From Desulfocapsa sulfexigens DSM 10523 (GTDB lineage Bacteria > Desulfobacterota > Desulfobulbia > Desulfobulbales > Desulfocapsaceae): a stretch of DNA of 32,000 nucleotides. The number at the start of each line of letters is the position of its first letter. Positions within the stretch are counted from its first letter, which is position 1. The stretch covers positions 1,230,001 through 1,262,000 of the forward strand of contig NC_020304.1 of the NCBI RefSeq assembly GCF_000341395.1, read 5' to 3'. Below the pieces are notes generated by a model. That model was not told where the DNA came from and made no database searches. It worked only from the letters and a program-made list of their open reading frames with translations. The position numbers and the translations under genes are program-made. Of this stretch, positions 27,350-32,000 are shown piece by piece.

Positions 27350-30300
27350 GCAGATATATATTGGAAAACCGGCGCAGCTGTATGTTGCGGGTCTGCTGCA
27401 TGATATCGGGGGGATGAGCCTTGACAGACATGTCCTTTATCATGCACTTGATAGTTTTCAGGATATTGAGGCGCGTAATCATGCTTCATACGGGGCAGAG
27501 ATACTAAAGAGTTTTCATCCTTTTCACTCTCTGGTGGGATGGGTTGCCGACCACCATGAACGATATGATGGGACTGGCTTTCCTGAAGGGAAATCGCAGC
27601 ATGAGATAAGCTCAGAGGCTGGGATTCTACACCTTGCAGATCTTCTGGATATCTTTTTCAGGCAGAATAAAGAAGTAACACTCAAGGAAATACGGACATT
27701 TTTGAATGAGCAATCGGGAAGCAGCGTGGCTCCCGTTGTTGTTGAAGGTGCAAAACACCTTTTTTCCACCCAGGAAAGCCTGGTTTATCTTAAAGAGAGT
27801 GATCCCAGGGAGTGTTGTGGCTCTGGGATGGTGGATTCTTTTTCTGAGATTAATTTTATTTCTGTTCCGGAATTGATCTCGCAGCTTTTGTGGTTGATTG
27901 CTCAGGTGGCTGACTGCAAAGTAGAAAAAAACGGGTTTCATTCTAACAGGGTGGCCTTTTTTTGCCATCGTATAGCCAAAGCTTTTCATTCTGTGGATGT
28001 TGACCCACTTCAGGCCCTCTGGGCAGGACTTCTCCATGACGTGGGAATTTGTGCTGCTCCAAAGGGAGAACTTACAAAAAATCAGAATATTGTGGCTACA
28101 GCATCATTATTGTATCGAGAGCACCCATTGGTTTCAGCCAAACTCGCAGGTGATGTGAAGGTACTTGAACACTTTGCTCCTGTGCTTGCAGCTCATCATG
28201 AGTGTTGGAATGGAACAGGTTTCCCAGCGGGCCTGAAAGGAGATGGTATTCCACTGCTTTCTCAAATCATCCATGTCTGTGAGCAATACGATATCTCAAG
28301 CAGGAGCGAAGGGACGAAAAGTGGCCACAAGTATGCTATTGAAGAACTGGAAAAGGGACGTGGCCAGTTATTTTCATCAGATCTGCTTGATGTAGCCATC
28401 CCTGTTCTGCAAACATGGGGACCACGTGATATCTCCTGGATGCGAGACATAAAGAATGTTCATGCCTTTTTTACATCAGATCCCTTTGATGGAATTACTC
28501 AGGGAGAGCAAGAACAGGTCGTGGATCTTAATTCAGAGAGCATGATCAACACGGTTTTGCCGAGGCAATGGGAGTGTGCAGAACTCACGACTGATTTTGT
28601 GCTACACACGGGTGGTGAGTATCTTAAAAGATTTACAAATAGCGAGGATGTGGAGAACTTCTTTGACATTCTGGAACCATCAATTGTCAGAAGTACCCGG
28701 AAAGCTTTAAAAGCTGTGAAGGATGGGGAATCCCTTACTTTGACCATGGCCTCGAAATGGGGAAAGCCCTTAGAACTGATTTTCCTCAAACAAAAAAAAT
28801 ACTACACCCTTCTGTATAGAGGCGTGAACGAAGAACCACTTTTTACCAGAAGGCATTCGATTTTTTATCAGCATTTTCAAAAAACAGCCGAAGCTGAACT
28901 TATCCTCGATGAGGAAGCAGTTATTAAAGATGTTAATGATAGCGCTCTGGCACTTTTACGGTATCCGCGACAGGGGTTGATTGGTAAAGATATTGAAACA
29001 CTTTTCTCTCCATTTTTGTCAAAGTTGCAGCTCAGTTCCCTTCATATGTTTCTGGTTGCTGATGATGAAACACTCTGGATAGAAGAATTTTCTTTAATCA
29101 ATAACAAGGGAACTGCTTTTTCAATCCAGGTAACCATTGTTCCTCTGCAGGGAGTTGAGCGTCGGGATGCGGCTTATATTTGTCGTTTGAGAGATATTTC
29201 GGTCAGAAAGGAGCTGGAACGGGAAATGGTGCAGCGCGAAAAAGCGATGCAGCTTATTGTTCATAATATTTCCGGGATGACTGGGGATCAGTTTTTCAAG
29301 GAGTTGTTGCTGCAGTTTGCGTCCTTGTGTGGATCCAGCCAGGTGATGATTGGTGAGTTGATTGAAGGTGGTGATACTATTCGTCCTGTTGTTTTTCGTG
29401 ATCCAAAAGGGTTTCATAAGAGAGAAAGTTTTCTCCTACAACACACTCCAGGTTTTGTGGTTGTTCATAGCGGTGAGTTGTTTATAACAGATCGGGTGAA
29501 TGATCGTTTTCCTCAGGACAAAGTATTGCAGGATCAGGGGATTAATTCTTATTGGGGGCTCCCCTTGCGAAACCAGGATGGGACGGTTCTTGGGGTTCTG
29601 GTCGCCATGGATACGAAACCAATTACTCAAACAAAAAGTACACGAGCGCTTGTGAAGGTACTACAATCACTTGCTGGAGGTGAATTGGCCCGGATGCAGA
29701 CTGAACGAAAACTTAAGGAAAATGAAAAGCAGTTGGAGAGTCAAAATCTTGAGTTATCACGTATGAACCAGCTCAAGAGTGACATGATTGCGGTCACCTC
29801 CCATGATCTGAAATCACCGCTTGCTGCAATTATCGGCTATGCCAGTCTTCTTCAAGAATATTTTTCAAGCCTGGATGAGGAAAAAAAAATATATTATATT
29901 CAGCGTATTGAAGAAGAAGGACAAAAACAGCTGGTTTTTATTAATAAGCTTCTAGACTTATATCGTATTGAATCGGGAACAATAGATCTGGAGCTGACTT
30001 CTGAACGATTGGATTTCCTGGTTCAGGAATGTATCACCAGGCAGCAGCATGTTGCTGCTGAACGAAACATTACAATCGAAATGTCCCTTAAAGGGGTGCT
30101 CTCTCCAGTTTTCTTTGACCACTTGCGAATGGAACAGGTTATTTCCAATATCCTGTCCAACAGTATCAAGTTTTCTCCTGCGGATAGGCGGATAATAGTG
30201 TGTGTCAACCAGGACATTCAGGACATTACTGTGGAGATTTGTGATCGTGGTAAGGGGATAGATGAGGAAGAAATAGCTAATATTTTTGATCGTTATTATA

Positions 30301-30479
30301 TGGGGCGCACCAATTTTGATGTACGTCCAGAAGGTTCCGGTCTTGGACTTTATATTGTTAAAAATATAATCAATCTCCATGGTGGGGAAGTTTTTGCCAG
30401 AAACCGAAAAAGAGGTGGCAGTTGTTTTACTGTACGTATCCCTGTAAAAGCAAATGAATCAGTAATGGATAAGCAATGA
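27195..30479 (+). CDS. Multidomain sensor: HD-GYP-like x2, PAS-like, GAF-like, HisKA and HATPase_c histidine kinase
   Basis: HD at aa 69-70 with HHERYDGTGFP at aa 120-130. A second HD at aa 281-282 with HHECWNGTGFP at aa 334-344. PAS-like regions at about aa 455-545 and 563-672; GAF-like region at about aa 690-835. H-box AVTSHDLKSPL (His870), N-box ISNILSNSIKFSP, G1 DRGKGI, G2 GSGLGL. The start is GTG 27195 or ATG 27216. Confidence 0.88.
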   Translation: METVPHSMQSFPEKQKILLDLVSLLSKILDLSDKGNLAHGLRVADLSQAIAKQIYIGKPAQLYVAGLLHDIGGMSLDRHVLYHALDSFQDIEARNHASYGAEILKSFHPFHSLVGWVADHHERYDGTGFPEGKSQHEISSEAGILHLADLLDIFFRQNKEVTLKEIRTFLNEQSGSSVAPVVVEGAKHLFSTQESLVYLKESDPRECCGSGMVDSFSEINFISVPELISQLLWLIAQVADCKVEKNGFHSNRVAFFCHRIAKAFHSVDVDPLQALWAGLLHDVGICAAPKGELTKNQNIVATASLLYREHPLVSAKLAGDVKVLEHFAPVLAAHHECWNGTGFPAGLKGDGIPLLSQIIHVCEQYDISSRSEGTKSGHKYAIEELEKGRGQLFSSDLLDVAIPVLQTWGPRDISWMRDIKNVHAFFTSDPFDGITQGEQEQVVDLNSESMINTVLPRQWECAELTTDFVLHTGGEYLKRFTNSEDVENFFDILEPSIVRSTRKALKAVKDGESLTLTMASKWGKPLELIFLKQKKYYTLLYRGVNEEPLFTRRHSIFYQHFQKTAEAELILDEEAVIKDVNDSALALLRYPRQGLIGKDIETLFSPFLSKLQLSSLHMFLVADDETLWIEEFSLINNKGTAFSIQVTIVPLQGVERRDAAYICRLRDISVRKELEREMVQREKAMQLIVHNISGMTGDQFFKELLLQFASLCGSSQVMIGELIEGGDTIRPVVFRDPKGFHKRESFLLQHTPGFVVVHSGELFITDRVNDRFPQDKVLQDQGINSYWGLPLRNQDGTVLGVLVAMDTKPITQTKSTRALVKVLQSLAGGELARMQTERKLKENEKQLESQNLELSRMNQLKSDMIAVTSHDLKSPLAAIIGYASLLQEYFSSLDEEKKIYYIQRIEEEGQKQLVFINKLLDLYRIESGTIDLELTSERLDFLVQECITRQQHVAAERNITIEMSLKGVLSPVFFDHLRMEQVISNILSNSIKFSPADRRIIVCVNQDIQDITVEICDRGKGIDEEEIANIFDRYYMGRTNFDVRPEGSGLGLYIVKNIINLHGGEVFARNRKRGGSCFTVRIPVKANESVMDKQ

Positions 30480-31390
30480 GTAACCAAAATATTTTGATTA
30501 TAGATGATGATCAGGCCCAGCACGAAATTTTAGGGGAACATCTTGAACTGGCGGGGTTTTCCCCCCTTCATGCAGGGTGCAGTAAGGAGGGCTTTGAGGT
30601 TTTGAAAAAGCAGGATGTTGCCCTGATCCTTCTTGACATCAATATGCCCGAGATAGATGGATTTCAAACCATTAAAGTCCTGCGGACACATCCTCGAAGT
30701 GTTGATATTCCAGTACTTTTTCTCACCAGCCTTGACCGCCAGTATCTCAAAATCAAGGGACTTGAACTTGGAGCTGATGATTATGTGACAAAGCCCTATA
30801 ACGGTGCGGAACTCATGGCCAGGATTAAGGCAATTCTTCGTAGGAAAGGGAAACATCCTGCTGGGAACAAAGCTGCCCTCAGCGGCGATATCAAGGAAAT
30901 CGGACTAGGCGACCTCCTGCAAAATATTGATGGTTCACAAAAGAATGGAATAATAACATTTACTGAAATGGATGGAGAACTTGTACTTGTTGATGGGAGT
31001 ATTGTTTCTGCAAAACAGGGGAGCAGCCGGGGAATGGAAGCACTGCTTCGTTTAATGCTCTTGGAACAGGGACATTTTATGGTTTCTTATCAGGATATTC
31101 CAGATACAAAAACGGATCAGACTATCCCTGTTATGAAAGCACTTCTGGATGGTGTTTATGAGGTGGATCAAATTCGAATGGCAGTTGAAGAGACCACTCA
31201 GCAGAAAGATCCATTTCTGGAGTTAACCGGGAATTTAAGTGCCCAAAATTATAGAATTGATAGATTTAAGGCAAAATTTCCTTGTCGTTTTATTGATCTG
31301 GTAACGACCATGGATGGGGCACTGCGAAACAATGTTGAGACGGTACTCAATGCTATTCGAAGCAATGCCGTAGTTTGCCTTAAAAAATAG
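30476..31390 (+). CDS. Response regulator: receiver domain plus C-terminal DUF4388 (PATAN-type) domain
   Basis: REC motifs ILIIDDD, LILLDINMPEIDG and VTKP. The C-terminal GDIKEIGLGDLLQNIDGSQKNGIITFTEMDGELVLVDGSIVSAKQGSSRGMEALLRLM matches the DUF4388 pattern. ATGA overlap with the kinase stop. Confidence 0.85.
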   Translation: MSNQNILIIDDDQAQHEILGEHLELAGFSPLHAGCSKEGFEVLKKQDVALILLDINMPEIDGFQTIKVLRTHPRSVDIPVLFLTSLDRQYLKIKGLELGADDYVTKPYNGAELMARIKAILRRKGKHPAGNKAALSGDIKEIGLGDLLQNIDGSQKNGIITFTEMDGELVLVDGSIVSAKQGSSRGMEALLRLMLLEQGHFMVSYQDIPDTKTDQTIPVMKALLDGVYEVDQIRMAVEETTQQKDPFLELTGNLSAQNYRIDRFKAKFPCRFIDLVTTMDGALRNNVETVLNAIRSNAVVCLKK

Positions 31391-31581
31391 CCTGGCCCTT
31401 GGTTGTTTCCTTTCACCGTGGAGGTTTGCAGAGTGCTGCGAAGAAGGGTTGCTTTTTGTATAAAAACTTGATTTGCCTTGACCCCTGGTCTTATGAAAAG
31501 GTAATAATGAGTAAATTAAAAAGAATCGTCTCGTCGTTCAGGGGCGAAGGCAATACTAAAAGATAGAAGAAGTGAGAGAAT

Positions 31582-31932
31582 ATGCTGTCTAACCGTTCTG
31601 TTTGGAAGTGTTTTGTGAAATTGGGAGTTCTACTGGTGCTGGGTTCCCTGGCCGCTTGTAGCCAAAAAATGTATGGAGTTGTGAAGGTTGAGACGATTCC
31701 TCCTGGAGCAGAAGTTATTAATCTGAAGGATGACACCCATCTCGGGATGACACCGCTTCTGGTAACCTGGGAGAGCGATAACGATGAGGCCAAGCATGCC
31801 ACCGTGGAATTGCGAAAGGCTGGATATATAGAAGAAATAACGTCTTTTTGGGTCACAATGCGTCATACTACAAAGGCAGACGCTATTCAGGAGCCGCAGC
31901 CCGTCACAGTTGAACTGAAAAAGAGGGACTAA
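31582..31932 (+). CDS. PEGA-domain lipoprotein
   Basis: Signal peptide with lipobox (LVLGSLAAC) and a PEGA-type motif VETIPPGAEVI...GMTPL...KAGY. Confidence 0.75.
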   Translation: MLSNRSVWKCFVKLGVLLVLGSLAACSQKMYGVVKVETIPPGAEVINLKDDTHLGMTPLLVTWESDNDEAKHATVELRKAGYIEEITSFWVTMRHTTKADAIQEPQPVTVELKKRD

Positions 31933-31938
31933 TACGAG

Positions 31939-32000
31939 ATGTGTGGGGAAAAAAAGAGTATTTTCAGGGTGTGTTTTCTGGTCAGTATTATAACTGCAAG
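31939..32000 (+). CDS. Start of a further ORF (hydrophobic N-terminus), truncated by the window end
   Basis: ATG 31939 gives MCGEKKSIFRVCFLVSIITA..., open to the window end. Only 20 codons are visible. Confidence 0.3.
   Translation, partial: MCGEKKSIFRVCFLVSIITA

Overview
This is an origin-proximal chromosomal segment from an AT-rich bacterium. Gene content (two-CW protein, REC-DUF4388 regulator, PEGA lipoprotein, sigma-54 activator, split RdgC) suggests a Desulfobacterota/deltaproteobacterial-type genome, but that is a low-confidence inference. All family calls come from motifs read by eye; no searches were run.

Gene order:
- dnaN (3' part)-gyrB-gyrA-gpsA-AI-2E-type permease on +.
- rdgB, queH and a GAF/sigma-54 activator on -.
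- Two tRNA-Ser on +, then an SH3b secreted protein on -.
- An MTH1187/YkoF-like gene split by a complete 2,650-bp IS21-family element (istA-istB, 5-bp target duplication CATTT).
- parB-parA on -, with a perfect consensus parS palindrome in the parA/nadB divergent spacer.
- A nadB / tandem-ACT / UPF0210 block with strongly G/T-rich codon usage.
- tRNA-Glu and tRNA-Lys on -.
- An RdgC-like protein encoded as two adjacent genes.
- gatB-radC-hemW.
- A roughly 600-bp gene-poor gap with minus-strand RNA-like structures.
- A two-CW cysteine-rich protein plus a DUF417/RclC-like membrane protein.
- A signalling module: 2xHD-GYP-PAS-GAF-histidine kinase, a REC-DUF4388 regulator and a PEGA lipoprotein.

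I saw no CRISPR array, prophage or recognisable defence genes, and no clear-cut novel multi-gene system. The best follow-up candidates are:
- the structured minus-strand RNA-like locus at 25.4-25.65 kb;
- the two-CW/DUF417 pair;
- the unusual HD-GYP-kinase module;
- the split RdgC pair;
- the compositionally deviant nadB-ACT-UPF0210 block.
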